A stretch of DNA of 63,883 nt, the filler included, from Octopus bimaculoides (Eukaryota): NCBI RefSeq assembly GCF_001194135.2. It is 4 parts of 4 records of this genome, joined end to end, with 100 filler letters (N's around TTAATTAATTAA, not from the genome) between each part and the next. Parts side by side here need not be neighbours in the genome. Positions count along the whole stretch, not along the records: positions 29,199 to 54,232 come from NC_068991.1; positions 54,333 to 60,724 come from NC_068986.1; positions 60,825 to 63,883 come from NW_026338140.1; 1 more part is not named here. One strand, written 5' to 3'. Made by a program: the position numbers and the translations under genes. Of this stretch, positions 50,445-63,201 are shown in pieces. The notes beneath the pieces are model-generated. The model worked only from the letters and a program-made list of their open reading frames with translations. It did not search any database and was not told the origin of the DNA. Positions within the stretch are counted from its first letter, which is position 1. Each line of letters begins with the position of its first letter.

Positions 50445-50803
50445 TGTTTCAGTAATTTGACTGCGGCCATACTGGAGCACCACCTTTAGTCGAAGAAATC
50501 GACCCCAGGACTTATTCTTTGTAAGCCTAGTACTTATTCTATCGGTCTCTTTTGCCGAACCACTAATTTACGGAGACGTAAACACACCAACATCGGTTGT
50601 CAAGCGATAGTGGGGGTCAAACACAGACACACAAACACACACATATACGTATATACATACGGTGGGCTTCTTTCAGTTTCCGTCTACCAAATCGACTCAC
50701 AAGGCTTTGGTCGGCCCGAGGCTGTAGTAGAAGACACTTGCCCAAGGTGCCACGCAGTGGGACTGAACCCGGAGTCATGTGGTTGGTAAGCAAGCTATTT
50801 ACC
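50445..50803 (-). mobile_element. SINE family A, near full length, CpG-intact
   Basis: Reverse complement of 2262-2685 with CpGs retained. Confidence 0.88.
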
Positions 50804-51984
50804 ANNNNNNNNNNNNNNNNNNNNNNNNNNNNNNNNNNNNNNNNNNNNNNNNNNNNNNNNNNNNNNNNNNNNNNNNNNNNNNNNNNNNNNNNNNNNNNNN
50901 NNNNNNNNNNNNNNNNNNNNNNNNNNNNNNNNNNNNNNNNNNNNNNNNNNNNNNNNNNNNNNNNNNNNNNNNNNNNNNNNNNNNNNNNNNNNNNNNNNNN
51001 NNNNNNNNNNNNNNNNNNNNNNNNNNNNNNNNNNNNNNNNNNNNNNNNNNNNNNNNNNNNNNNNNNNNNNNNNNNNNNNNNNNNNNNNNNNNNNNNNNNN
51101 NNNNNNNNNNNNNNNNNNNNNNNNNNNNNNNNNNNNNNNNNNNNNNNNNNNNNNNNNNNNNNNNNNNNNNNNNNNNNNNNNNNNNNNNNNNNNNNNNNNN
51201 NNNNNNNNNNNNNNNNNNNNNNNNNNNNNNNNNNNNNNNNNNNNNNNNNNNNNNNNNNNNNNNNNNNNNNNNNNNNNNNNNNNNNNNNNNNNNNNNNNNN
51301 NNNNNNNNNNNNNNNNNNNNNNNNNNNNNNNNNNNNNNNNNNNNNNNNNNNNNNNNNNNNNNNNNNNNNNNNNNNNNNNNNNNNNNNNNNNNNNNNNNNN
51401 NNNNNNNNNNNNNNNNNNNNNNNNNNNNNNNNNNNNNNNNNNNNNNNNNNNNNNNNNNNNNNNNNNNNNNNNNNNNNNNNNNNNNNNNNNNNNNNNNNNN
51501 NNNNNNNNNNNNNNNNNNNNNNNNNNNNNNNNNNNNNNNNNNNNNNNNNNNNNNNNNNNNNNNNNNNNNNNNNNNNNNNNNNNNNNNNNNNNNNNNNNNN
51601 NNNNNNNNNNNNNNNNNNNNNNNNNNNNNNNNNNTATACATATATGTATGTATGTATATGCGTATGTATATGTATGTATATGCGTATGCACAAGGTAAGG
51701 TGGATATGAGCATATACATAGATATATAGATACAGATCTATATATCTATGTATATGCTCATATCCACCTTACCTTGTGCATACGCATACATATACATATG
51801 TAAATACGTATACAAACACACACACACACACACAAACAAACACGTGTACACTTAAAACACATGTCCTACACTTGCGCGTACACAAGAGACAATATTTGCC
51901 AAGCCAAATCACAAACGTTTCTTCCGATATTTCAAAACCATTAGCAATTTCTTCCTTTTAGAAGCAATTTTTCCCGAAAAAGAA

Positions 51985-51985
51985 A

Positions 51986-52024
<39 letters not shown>

Positions 52025-52102
52025 GCATCAAAACCCTCAAAAAAATCAAACAATAACTATCATAATAACTGCAACAACAATAATTATAATAGCAAAATTA
52101 AC

Positions 52103-52175
<73 letters not shown>

Positions 52176-52540
52176 CAAACAATAATGTTATCTTAATTTG
52201 AGCTTTGATTTCATTTCTTGTATTTTGATGTGTTTAATATCACTTGTGGTTATTTTCTTCTTCTTTTCTTTTTGTCTTCCTTCCTTTCTTTCTTTCTTTC
52301 TTTCTTTTTTTCTTTCTTTCTTTCTCTATTTCTTTCTCTCTTTGTTTGTTTGTTTGTTTCTTTCTTTCTTTCTTTCTTCGTTTTTGTTTCGTTTCAATTC
52401 TTTTTCTCTCTGAAAAACCAGTCAGTCCATTTGTCTGTCTCTGTTACACGACATATTTATCAATCAAACGGTCAATCAATCGATTAGTCAATCAATCACA
52501 CTGTCTCTCAGTCTGTCATTCTGTCTTTCTTTCTATCTAC

Positions 52541-52583
<43 letters not shown>

Positions 52584-52814
52584 CCTGTCTCTCTGTCTGC
52601 CTGTTTGTCTTTCTGTCTATATATCAATCAATCTGTCTGTCTGTGGGTTCTCTCTCCCTCTCTCTCTCCCTCTCTCTCCCCCCTCCCTCTCTCCCTCTCT
52701 CTTCCCCCTCTCTCTGTGTCAATCTCATCTCGTCCCCCATTCTCAAAGCACTTTCTCATCCTTTTTCTCCTCTCACTACATCTCTTTATCCCTCAACCTT
52801 CCCTTCTCTCTACG

Positions 52815-52850
<36 letters not shown>

Positions 52851-52929
52851 TTTTTCTTCTTCCCTCTTGTCCCCTCACGTCTTTCTCACCTTCACCTTCA
52901 GGTTTTCTCTCCTACAAATCGCTATCCAC

Positions 52930-53020
<91 letters not shown>

Positions 53021-53322
53021 GACATACACAAACATATACACATATCACCAAATGCACAAACACCTAAAATAAAAAAAACACACACCTATACTCACACACA
53101 CACACACATGCATGTACGAACAGACACACACATGCGCAAACGCCCACACATAATAAATAGACACAAAGGCGTATAAACGCAGGCACGCTCTCAAATAACC
53201 TCACAACCATATACACAAATGCACACATACTCTAAAACACACACGCACACACACATAGACACATGTGTCTGCTATCAAGTTACATGCACTCGCACACAAA
53301 CTGTCACACACACATACATACA

Positions 53323-53365
<43 letters not shown>

Positions 53366-54232
53366 ACACGCACATACATATATATAGATACACATGGTCT
53401 GCTATCAAGTTACATGCATACACACCCAAACACTGGCACATACATACATACATACATACATACGTACATACATACATACATACATACACGCACATATGCT
53501 TANNNNNNNNNNNNNNNNNNNNNNNNNNNNNNNNNNNNNNNNNNNNNNNNNNNNNNNNNNNNNNNNNNNNNNNNNNNNNNNNNNNNNNNNNNNNNNNNNN
53601 NNNNNNNNNNNNNNNNNNNNNNNNNNNNNNNNNNNNNNNNNNNNNNNNNNNNNNNNNNNNNNNNNNNNNNNNNNNNNNNNNNNNNNNGATCTTATACAAA
53701 CATACATAATTACATACACATACATACATACATACATACATACACACAAACACTCACACACACATATATGTATAAACACATTTCCTGCTATCGATTTACA
53801 TACACACGCAGAAAAGCACTCATACACACACATAACATTCACAAACACTCACACACGCAAGCACACATTTGACCCACCCTCAGGTAGGCACACAAATGCA
53901 CACACATACATATACACACATGTCCTAATTATCAAATACACACACACACTAAAATGCGCACACACTGAAAAACACACATTTATACAAACACACACTCGCG
54001 CGCGCGCTTACTCACATACACACACGCACAAACACATACACATACACACACAGACAAACATGTTGGCATAAACACACAAACACGCGCAAATATAAATACA
54101 TACACACACAAATACACACATATACAAACACACACATACCACACCACAAATACACATATACAAGCACACACACACACACACAAACTCCCCCACAAACACA
54201 TGCAAAAACACACACACACACATACACACACA
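51985..54232. repeat. Extended low-complexity block: (TAA)n, (TTTC)n, (TCTA)n, (TC)n, (CA)n
   Basis: Directly visible; source of many spurious ORFs. Confidence 0.9.
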
Positions 54233-54276
54233 NNNNNNNNNNNNNNNNNNNNNNNNNNNNNNNNNNNNNNNNNNNN

Positions 54277-54288
54277 TTAATTAATTAA
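54277..54288. other. Artificial scaffolding linker TTAATTAATTAA
   Basis: Inside a 100-bp N gap. Confidence 0.92.
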
Positions 54289-54332
54289 NNNNNNNNNNNN
54301 NNNNNNNNNNNNNNNNNNNNNNNNNNNNNNNN

Positions 54333-54417
<85 letters not shown>

Positions 54418-54418
<1 letters not shown>

Positions 54419-54972
54419 CCCTGATGCAGTACCAGGCATTGACTTTCATGGCTTCTGATTTTAACTGATTGGAAGTGTTATCATTTACATTGTTTTGTCT
54501 TGGTATAAAAGATGGGCTACCACAAATATTTTGCTCAATAACACAGATTTGCATGTCAGTTGGTTGACTATAACCATTTGAGCATGTCCCTTAGTGGCTA
54601 ATGATATGTGCATCTCTTATCACAAGCAGAAATAGTTGGAGAGTATCATAGCTATGTGTTGAGAGGAATTCTTTGGGGTTTGAATAATTCATTGCTGGAA
54701 ACATGGGTGCTTCATTCAACATCTTTAAATAACCATTATTCAAGGACCTTTTGAGCAGGATGGGCTACTTGACCTGACGAAAATTCTAACTGGGACCCAC
54801 CTACAAGATTATGTGCCATTTATCTTGATATAAGATCACCACATCACGCACATATGGTTGTGATGAAAGGTGCCTGGTGTACCCTTATCAGACGGGTAAT
54901 CATGATGGGTATACTGGGCTTTGTATATTTTACTCGTATTTCTTTGATGGCATACACTGCTCTCTCACTCAA
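54418..54972 (+). mobile_element. Family D (TAA)n-embedded element, copy 3
   Basis: (TAA)n-gccctgatgcagtaccaggc...ctctctcactc-aat(GAT)n(AAT)n. Confidence 0.87.
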
Positions 54973-54998
54973 TGATGATGATGATGATGATGATGATG

Positions 54999-55053
<55 letters not shown>

Positions 55054-55084
55054 TAAAAATGATAATAATAATAATATAATGATA

Positions 55085-55134
<50 letters not shown>

Positions 55135-56382
55135 CATCATCGTCATTATCATTATCATTATTATTATTATTAAGGCAGCGAGCTGGCAGAATCTTTAGCG
55201 CACTGGATGAAATGCTTAGTAGTATTTCACCTTGGATTTTGGGGAACTTGGTTTCCATATTGTCCATGTCATGTCTTATAGTCTTTATAGTGTTCACTGA
55301 GCATTGAGCCATGATGTTGGCAATTTGATACCAGATGTGAATCATCATGATACAAGTAAGGCTTTTCCAATATTCAAATAGATTCCAGTCCTCCACATTA
55401 GCGAACTTTTTCTCAATTACAACTTTAATCTTTATGCTCTCCAACATTGTTGACTGTTCACCACAACATCAAGCTGTTCCTGAAAAAAGGAAGACATAAA
55501 AAAAATTGTCATATTTATCCCAAATACCCTTTATTATCAGTAATTCCCATCTCACGAACTAATTGTCACCTAGATAACAGAGTTTATTTTCCTTCATCCA
55601 GTGAACCATTTGAAGAACTGAAAATAAAAATAAATGTTTTAAAATAGCAAGATGATTTCATTATTATAATCCTACAAAAATATATCAGCTCAAGGTAACA
55701 TGTATTATTTTTGTGATTTCAAGCTTCACCAATCAGACAATTTTATGAAGCTTTCAAGCAGTGTAGCGGAACCTCCAGCAAATGGAAAACATTTATTTCC
55801 ACAGTTGGTTGACTGTTTAGCCATAGAACAACTCTGCTCAAGCAGACCTATGATCAAGTGTTCCAGCCATGATCATCCTACCATTTTCTTTTTATTTTTG
55901 TGCAAAAAAAGCAATTTCTTGTATTATTTCCTACATACCAATAAAAAAATAGACTTTTTCCTATCTAGTTGGTAGAAACAAGCAATAAAATAACACAGTA
56001 TGTGGTTTGAGAATACATGTTAAACTAGGATAGAATTCAAACATAGAAAATGTAATGCATTTAATGTACTACTTCAATCAAGACAAGTTTACATAAATAT
56101 ATTTGTGAAAAAGTACATAATTATTTTTGTATTAACAAAATCATTTAAAGAATGTCTTGTTAAAAGTATTACAGGAAAGTAGTGTTCTAGCATGGCCACA
56201 GTCCAATGACTGAAAACAAGTAAAAGAGATACATATTTTTATGCTTTACAAAGTCAATTGGATAATGTGCAATAAAAAGAAATGTAGAGATATAGTTTCT
56301 TGTTCTACAAACCCAATGGAATAGTATGCTGGAGGGTCAAATATGAGCAAACAAATAAATGACTTTCAAGATAGGGGCAGAT

Positions 56383-56537
56383 GTAGCTGTGTGGTAAGAA
56401 GTTTGTTTCCCAGCTACATGGTTCTGGTTTCAGTCCCACTGCATGGCACTTTGGGAAAGTGTCTTCTACTGTAACCTTGGGCTAACCAAATCATGTGAGT
56501 GGATTCAGTTGATGGAAACTGAAAGAAACCTGTTGTA

Positions 56538-56576
<39 letters not shown>

Positions 56577-56828
56577 GTGCGTGCGTGCACGCTTGTGTGT
56601 TTGTGTTTGTGTGTATGTATATGTGTTCATTCCCCACCACCACTTGACAACCGGTGTTGGTGTGTTTAAGTCCTTGTAACTTAGTGGTTTGGAAAAAGAG
56701 ACTGATAAAATGAGTACCAGGCTTTACAAAAAATAATAAGTACAGGGTTGATAAATTCAACTAAAATTCTTCAAGGCAGTACTCTAGCATGGTCACAGTT
56801 AAATGATTGGAACAAGTAAAGGATAAAA
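56383..56828 (+). mobile_element. SINE family A, near full length, internal (TG)n, CpG-depleted
   Basis: Same head, body and tail as 2262-2685. Confidence 0.85.
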
Positions 56829-57324
56829 GTTGAAAACTAGAGAAAAATCACTTATACATGTCTTTTTACTGGAAGAAGTTATTCTATAATAGTAACCAGG
56901 CCAAGGGCAAAGTTTATTGCTGATAAAAGCTGAGTATGGTGAGTAAAGTAAAATATGACAGCAAAAACGAAAAAGGATGAAGCAGTCATATATTCTCTTA
57001 AATAGCCAAAGTGTGACTCACTAAACACTGATTAGCTAAAATACCTGATTGGCTAAAATTTCTGATAAGCTACAATAATACATAATAATAGTAGCGTATT
57101 ATGTGAATTCATTTGTCACCAAACCATTGAAGATTGCCTCTAATTCTGTGGCATAAACTTCCAGGTTTAAAGTGATCTAAATTATAATTTTTCAGCAAAT
57201 TTTCAAGTTAATTTATGTTCCAAACACCAGCTTAATAATGCCAAAGTTATTGTATTAAATTCTTTATCTTTAAAATTAAATTAAACAAAAGCAATGCTTT
57301 CCAATAGAAATATTAATTTCAAAT

Positions 57325-57530
57325 TTTGGTACAAGGCCAACAATTTCGGGGAGCGGTAAGTTGGCTGCATCAATCCCAGTGATCAACTGGTACTTATCTT
57401 ATCAACCCTGAAAGAGTGAAAGGCAAAGCCACCCCCAGTGGAATTTAATCACAGAATGTAAAGACCAATGAAATATTGTTAAACATTTTGTCTGGCATGC
57501 TAGTAATTCTACCAGCTTGCTGCCCGTATT
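57325..57530 (-). mobile_element. SINE family B
   Basis: tggtacttatcttatcaaccctgaaagagtgaaaggcaaag.. Confidence 0.75.
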
Positions 57531-57992
57531 TTAACAGAAATATATTAACAGAAGAATTGTCTAGTGACAAGCATGACTGATAGCCTACTAATCACTAACT
57601 GGTTAAAATAAAACACATGACAAAACAGTGAAACTAAACTGTTGCTTGCATAAGGTTGCTACATGTCTTACTTTTCTAATGATGATATGGTGTTATTTAA
57701 AGGAAATCTAACCGCTTTTTGTAGCAGATCAAGTGACTTTGTAGCAGCTCATTTGTTGATTCTCACTTTCATTCTATGTATTATGTATTGATAAATCAGA
57801 GTTCATACCAAAGGACAACAGTTCACTTGAATCTGTAAAAAAGACATTTAGCTGCTCAGAATGAACACAAGTGAAGTAACCAGTGACAACATGTGGCAGT
57901 CACTAGCTGAGTGAGTTTTTTTTTTCTTCAATGATAGCAATACAACTAAGTCATATGTGCCCTTCTATGCTGTTATACTGTTATTACCTTTG

Positions 57993-58100
57993 TCCCATGT
58001 CTTCCTGGGTCTACCTCTTCCACAGGTTCCCTTCACTGTTAGCAATTGGCACTTCTTTACACAGCTGTCCTCATCCACATGCTTCACATGACCATACCAT
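57993..58100 (-). mobile_element. RTE RT C-terminal fragment
   Basis: WYGHVKHVDEDSCVKKCQLLTVKGTCGRGRPRKTWD. Confidence 0.8.
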
Positions 58101-58539
58101 ATATCAATGACACTGAGAATAGAACTTCTAAGACAAGGCTCTTATACAAGAGTGTAATAGATTTTTCTACCTTAATATTATATATACAAATGATTAAACT
58201 TCTTTGTAGATAATAACAATCTTATAATAATGAGGCTTCAATTGAGAGCTTAATTAAAATATGCTGACATTAATGAAGCAACTTCAGATAACTTGGTAAA
58301 ATAGGATCAGGGATGGTCTTAGGATGTTTAATTTTATTGAAAGAGTTAAGAACATCTGAGATGATAATTTTCATTTAATGTATTATCTAAATTTACTGTC
58401 GATTACTCTTGCATATTTTTATGATTTTACACCACTCCTGCAAGTAAGTGCACCAGGCAGCCCAAAACAAAACAAAATATCATGGAAAAAATAACACTAT
58501 GTAGAAAAAAACAGTATACTCCAAAAAATAGCACACATG

Positions 58540-59280
58540 TGTTCAACTAAATATATCATAGAAACAAGCCGTTCAACAAAATTGTTCCCGACTCCAGAGA
58601 TAATCACAGAGGTAACTGCATGCCAACTCAGATGGCCTCCATCTTTGCACCCATCCCCTACTCACACCTATAAATCCTTAACACTTCAGAGCTGCTGGTT
58701 GGTCTCATCCTTTGACATTTCCCTTGATACAGCTGTCCAGAGGGTCCAAATTATACTTACCCTTTCACCCTGAGCTATGCACTTGATCCAGAACTTGACC
58801 ACCATATCCAAGATCTCAATGCAGGTGATGGCAATGAACCTTAGGCCCTACAGAAAGAAGTGAGGCAGTTTGACATGGCCCTCATTGTTCACGTTTTCCA
58901 GGACTGTCAGAGATGATAGGAACTTGCTGACCCTTATTATAGGCTACCAATGTGCCTTACAGGTCCATCCATCATTTCTCCTGTTCTTCCTTCTATTCCT
59001 GAACATAGTTTTCATCAGTAAGAACCAGAGCATGATGGCTTTCTAGAGGTAACTGAGTACTTCAGCAAGCACTTTAACTAGATCACACAGCTGATATGCC
59101 AGATATAAACATATCTCATTACATAGGATTTATATCCAACATCACTGTGCACAACACTTCTGGAGTGGACTCTGTTCAACAGTGGTTCTCATCAACCTGT
59201 TGGGGTTGTTTTTCCTTAGATCCTAGACCTGCTGAATGAAGAGATCAGGCCTCTGAGAATGGTTCCTTCTCTTGACAGCA
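58540..59280 (-). mobile_element. maT/DD37D-like Tc1/mariner transposase, deleted and decayed
   Basis: VVHSDVGYKSYVMR; SKF.SSLTVLENVNNEGHV..PHFF..GLR..I.ILDMVVKFWI. Confidence 0.72.
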
Positions 59281-59830
59281 GATGACACATCCCCACCAAA
59301 GGCAAGAGAAGTAAAGTGTCTTGCTCAAGGATATATTTCATTACCAGGAATTGGACGCACAACCTTCTAATCATGAGCCAAATACCCTTGCCACTAAGCC
59401 ATACACCTTCTCATACACACATGTGTGTGTGTGTGTGTCTGTAATTCTGCCTACACAACATTTTGAGTTCTTCATTTAGTATATGGTTCGCCATGTCAAA
59501 ATATACAACTCAAACTAGCTATTGTTTTTGATTTTGTGGAAAATGGCATGGCTCTTGTTCTCCCACCCATGTCAATCCTGATGATACAGACCTTTAATCA
59601 AGGGCATTACATGGCCAACTCTTCTTTTATTCAATCATTGTGTTATCTAGGACCACATTATCTAATGTGTCTTTCCTTTTTTTTAAGATGGTAAAGGAAA
59701 TGAGGGAGATTTGTCCACTATTTCTAGCGACCAAAGCAACCATGCAGGAGACCCATTGTGATATGAATAGCTGTATGTTGATGTTGCTTGGAACAGAGTT
59801 TACTTCATATCTGATATATATATATATATA

Positions 59831-59903
59831 TTGCAGCGTTGTTTTCATTCTAGTACATGATCTCAGATCAGGTCACTTGCTATGCAAGTACATCTCTGTA
59901 ATA
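59831..59903 (-). mobile_element. Fragment of the repeat at 19634
   Basis: gatctcagatcaggtcacttgctatgcaagtacatctc. Confidence 0.75.
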
Positions 59904-60640
59904 TATATATATATATATATATTGTCAGCAGTCCAATCCATGCCAGCATGGAAGATGGACGTTAAAGGATGATGATGATATATATATGTAAGGTATGAAT
60001 ATGAGATTTTGTCTGGCTGCAATACTTCTGTTTTGAATTAGTTTTTAGACTTCTTTCTTGCTTTTTGGGTATGTCATGGAAGGTGGGGAAGAACTGGCTG
60101 CTATTTAATGCAAAGACCCACAAGACACTCACTAGTTGGCATCGGCTTGATTTTAAGGCATGTGTCATTAAGAATGAGCCAGAGAGGTATTTCCTGATCA
60201 ATATTAAGAAGTTATACTGTTTACTTTGTAACGCTTGACTCCATGTTTACACAGAATCAGAAGGTGGGCTAGATGGTGCTCCATTTTTGTTTTTTCTTTC
60301 CTCCTCTCCCATATATTTTTCGTGATTCATATTTTGGAAGATACTTGATATTTTCATTCCATTCTCTGTGTCAGTCTCTCCATGCATCATTGCAGGTTAA
60401 AGTAACAGAGAGGAATGTGTCTCTTATCAGAACACACATGAAAAACATGTTTCGTTTCTATACAGTTAATTTTATATACATACACAAGCACGCGCATACA
60501 CACACACACACACACACACACAATTTGAAAAACCTCATTAAGCACACTGCTATCTCACTTTCTCTATTCTCTTCTTGTGTATGTATATATATGTGTATAC
60601 ATACATATACATACATATATATGTATATGTATACACACAT

Positions 60641-60682
<42 letters not shown>

Positions 60683-60768
60683 GTGTGTATGTATGTATGT
60701 GTGTGTATAAATCATATATAATATNNNNNNNNNNNNNNNNNNNNNNNNNNNNNNNNNNNNNNNNNNNN

Positions 60769-60780
60769 TTAATTAATTAA
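60769..60780. other. Artificial scaffolding linker TTAATTAATTAA
   Basis: Inside a 100-bp N gap. Confidence 0.92.
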
Positions 60781-60824
60781 NNNNNNNNNNNNNNNNNNNN
60801 NNNNNNNNNNNNNNNNNNNNNNNN

Positions 60825-60858
<34 letters not shown>

Positions 60859-60989
60859 CATCATCATTTAACGTCCACTTTCCATGTTTCCATGCTGGCA
60901 TGAGTTGGATGGTTTGGCTGAAGACAAGGAGAATAAGAAAATTATTGCAATCTGAATTCAAAAAATCTTATTGAAGCCATAAATTTAAG

Positions 60990-62104
60990 AACAGTACCCT
61001 TAATCGGATATAGAGCTGGAATTCTAGACTGGACCAAAAACAACATAGAGTAACTTGACAAAAAAACTAGGAAATTGTTGATGATGTATGGAGCCCACCA
61101 TCCGAAAGCTGATATCAACCACCTGTACTTGAGGAGAGACTAGGGTGGAAGAGACTTAATAGCAGTAGAAGAATGTGTATAGATGGAGAGAAAAAGTCTA
61201 GTTGAGTATTTACAGAGTAGCACAGAAAAACTATTAAAGACAGTTTATAAAGAACAAGTGATGAAGTGGGTAATAGGAGAACGCGACAAGCATGAAATAC
61301 AAAGGGAACACATCAGACAGATTGAAGAGAAACTTCTGCATGGCCAATTTTGGAGAGCTATTGAAGGGGTATGTGGAACAAAATCCTGGGCTTGGTTAAA
61401 AAAAGGGGCAATTATAAAAAGAAAAAGTGAGCCTAATTGTAGGAGCCCAAGATCAAGTGATAAAAACAAACAACTTGAGAAAAAATATATATGGAGAGAA
61501 TGTGTCAGAAAAATATAGAGCCTGTGGAACTTGGAATGAGACAGTGACACACATTGTGGCAGAATGCCCCAAGTTGGCACACAAAGAATATAAGAAATGG
61601 ATGCACAAGCAGGTTGCAAAGTTTTACACTGTCAACTTTGAGAGACTTTTCTATTCAAACAGACAAAAAGTTAGAAAATAATAGACCAGACATAACAATT
61701 ATAGAAGAGGAAAAGCAAAGCTGCTTACTTATCAACCCATCATGCCTGTTTGGTTCCAGGATTGTAAAGAAAGAGGAAGAAAAACAAAAAAATACAATCA
61801 CTTAAAATTTGAAATAGGAAAGATTTGGAGTATATGAACAGTAAAGGTTGTGCCTGTAATAACATGCATTGGGAACAGTAAGCAAAGATATAGACAAATG
61901 GCTGAAGGAGATTGAAATAGAATACCCATTAGCACTCCTACAGAAAGTTTGTCTCTTAGGGACGGCAAGATTATCAGGAGGGTTCTAAGCACTTGAAAAG
62001 CTGCTGAAAACTTGTGGATACCTAAAATTACAAGTAGTAACCCACTACCCACATAAATCCTACCAGGAATAAGACCAAACCTGAGCCAAACCAAAATAAT
62101 AATA
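60990..62104 (+). mobile_element. R4/Dong-like LINE 3' portion (RT end, zinc knuckle, restriction-like endonuclease)
   Basis: HHPKADINHLYL.R..GGR.L; LHGQF; AQDQ; RACG..NETVTHIVAECP; DFSIQTDKKLENNRPDI; ends aataataataat. Confidence 0.9.
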
Positions 62105-62322
62105 ATCCTTTCTACTAAAGGCACAAAGCCTGATATTTTGGGGGAGGGAACTAGTCAATTGCATTGACTCCCAGTGTTGCATTGGTACTTAGTTTATTGA
62201 CCCTGAAAGGACAAAAGGCAAAGTTGACCTTGGTGGAATTTGAACTCAGAACGTAATGGCAGATGAAATACTGCTAAGCATTTTGCCTGGTGTACTAACA
62301 ATTCTGTCAGCTCACCGCCTTA
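62105..62322 (-). mobile_element. SINE family B, CpG-depleted
   Basis: aaggcggtgagctgacagaa...gttctgagttcaaattcc..; TAA flanks. Confidence 0.85.
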
Positions 62323-62344
62323 ATAATAATAATGATAATAATAA

Positions 62345-62830
62345 CTTTTTATTGGCCACAGGAGCATAGATGAGGGGAACATCCCAATGACAATTTATGT
62401 GGGGATTTACATAAAGGATGGAGAGAAAGAAATGTAAAAGACGGTGAAATATGATAAAAGTATATATAGCCTGCAAAGTATGTGATAACATGAATGATGC
62501 AGTCCTCCCGATACAGGAGAAACTTCAACTAGGGCCAATCAAGGAACCCCACAGATCCAGGATTACCGTGACCACCTAAGGCACAAGCACTCTCTCATAT
62601 TCTCCAACCTACAGGTACATAGGGCCATTTTTGCCACAGTCACCCATCTTTTCACAAATTCACTGAAATGTAGCACTTCCCTCTTCATCACTTCCCTTTC
62701 CAATGAGAGCTTGACTGAAGAGAAGATGTCTTTCCTCAATCCTTTCAGCTTCATCCATCACACAACCTCTTTCACCATAGCCACTGGACAGAGGAACATC
62801 GCCTGCCCTGCCTTGTGAAAGATGGGTGGT
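62345..62830 (-). mobile_element. Tx1/L1-like LINE 3' end with UTR
   Basis: KLKGLRKDIFSS..LEREVMKREVL..SEFVKRWVTVAKMA; (ATT)n-type end. Confidence 0.65.
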
Positions 62831-62986
62831 GGAGCAATTTTCACAATGGATTCAGCTAATAGTTGGATTCATCCTACAAGTGATAACAGCTATTTGACAT
62901 AACTCAGCATTATTCAGATGCTGCATGAGTGCATGCATAACAGTTTTGTCGTTCTGTATGCATCTCTGAAAGTCCCATCCGACAGA

Positions 62987-63201
62987 ACTGCCAGGTGAGG
63001 GATTTTTGGAAGTTATCCATGGTAGTACTGGGCCAGTAATGATCATAACACATGCAGAGACACATGCATACATGTGTGTGTGTGTGTGTTTTGTGTGTGT
63101 GTACACACACATATATGTATGCATGTGTCTGTACATGTGTTATGATCATTATGAGCCCGGTACTACCATAGATAGCTTCCAGAAATCCCTTGCCTGACAG
63201 T
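62987..63201. repeat. Fold-back element, ~85-bp inverted arms around (TG)n/(CA)n
   Basis: 62987-63072 mirrors 63115-63201. Confidence 0.8.

Noticed and set aside
38505-53872. Long 200-370 aa ORFs
   Set aside because: Made mostly of N runs translated as X
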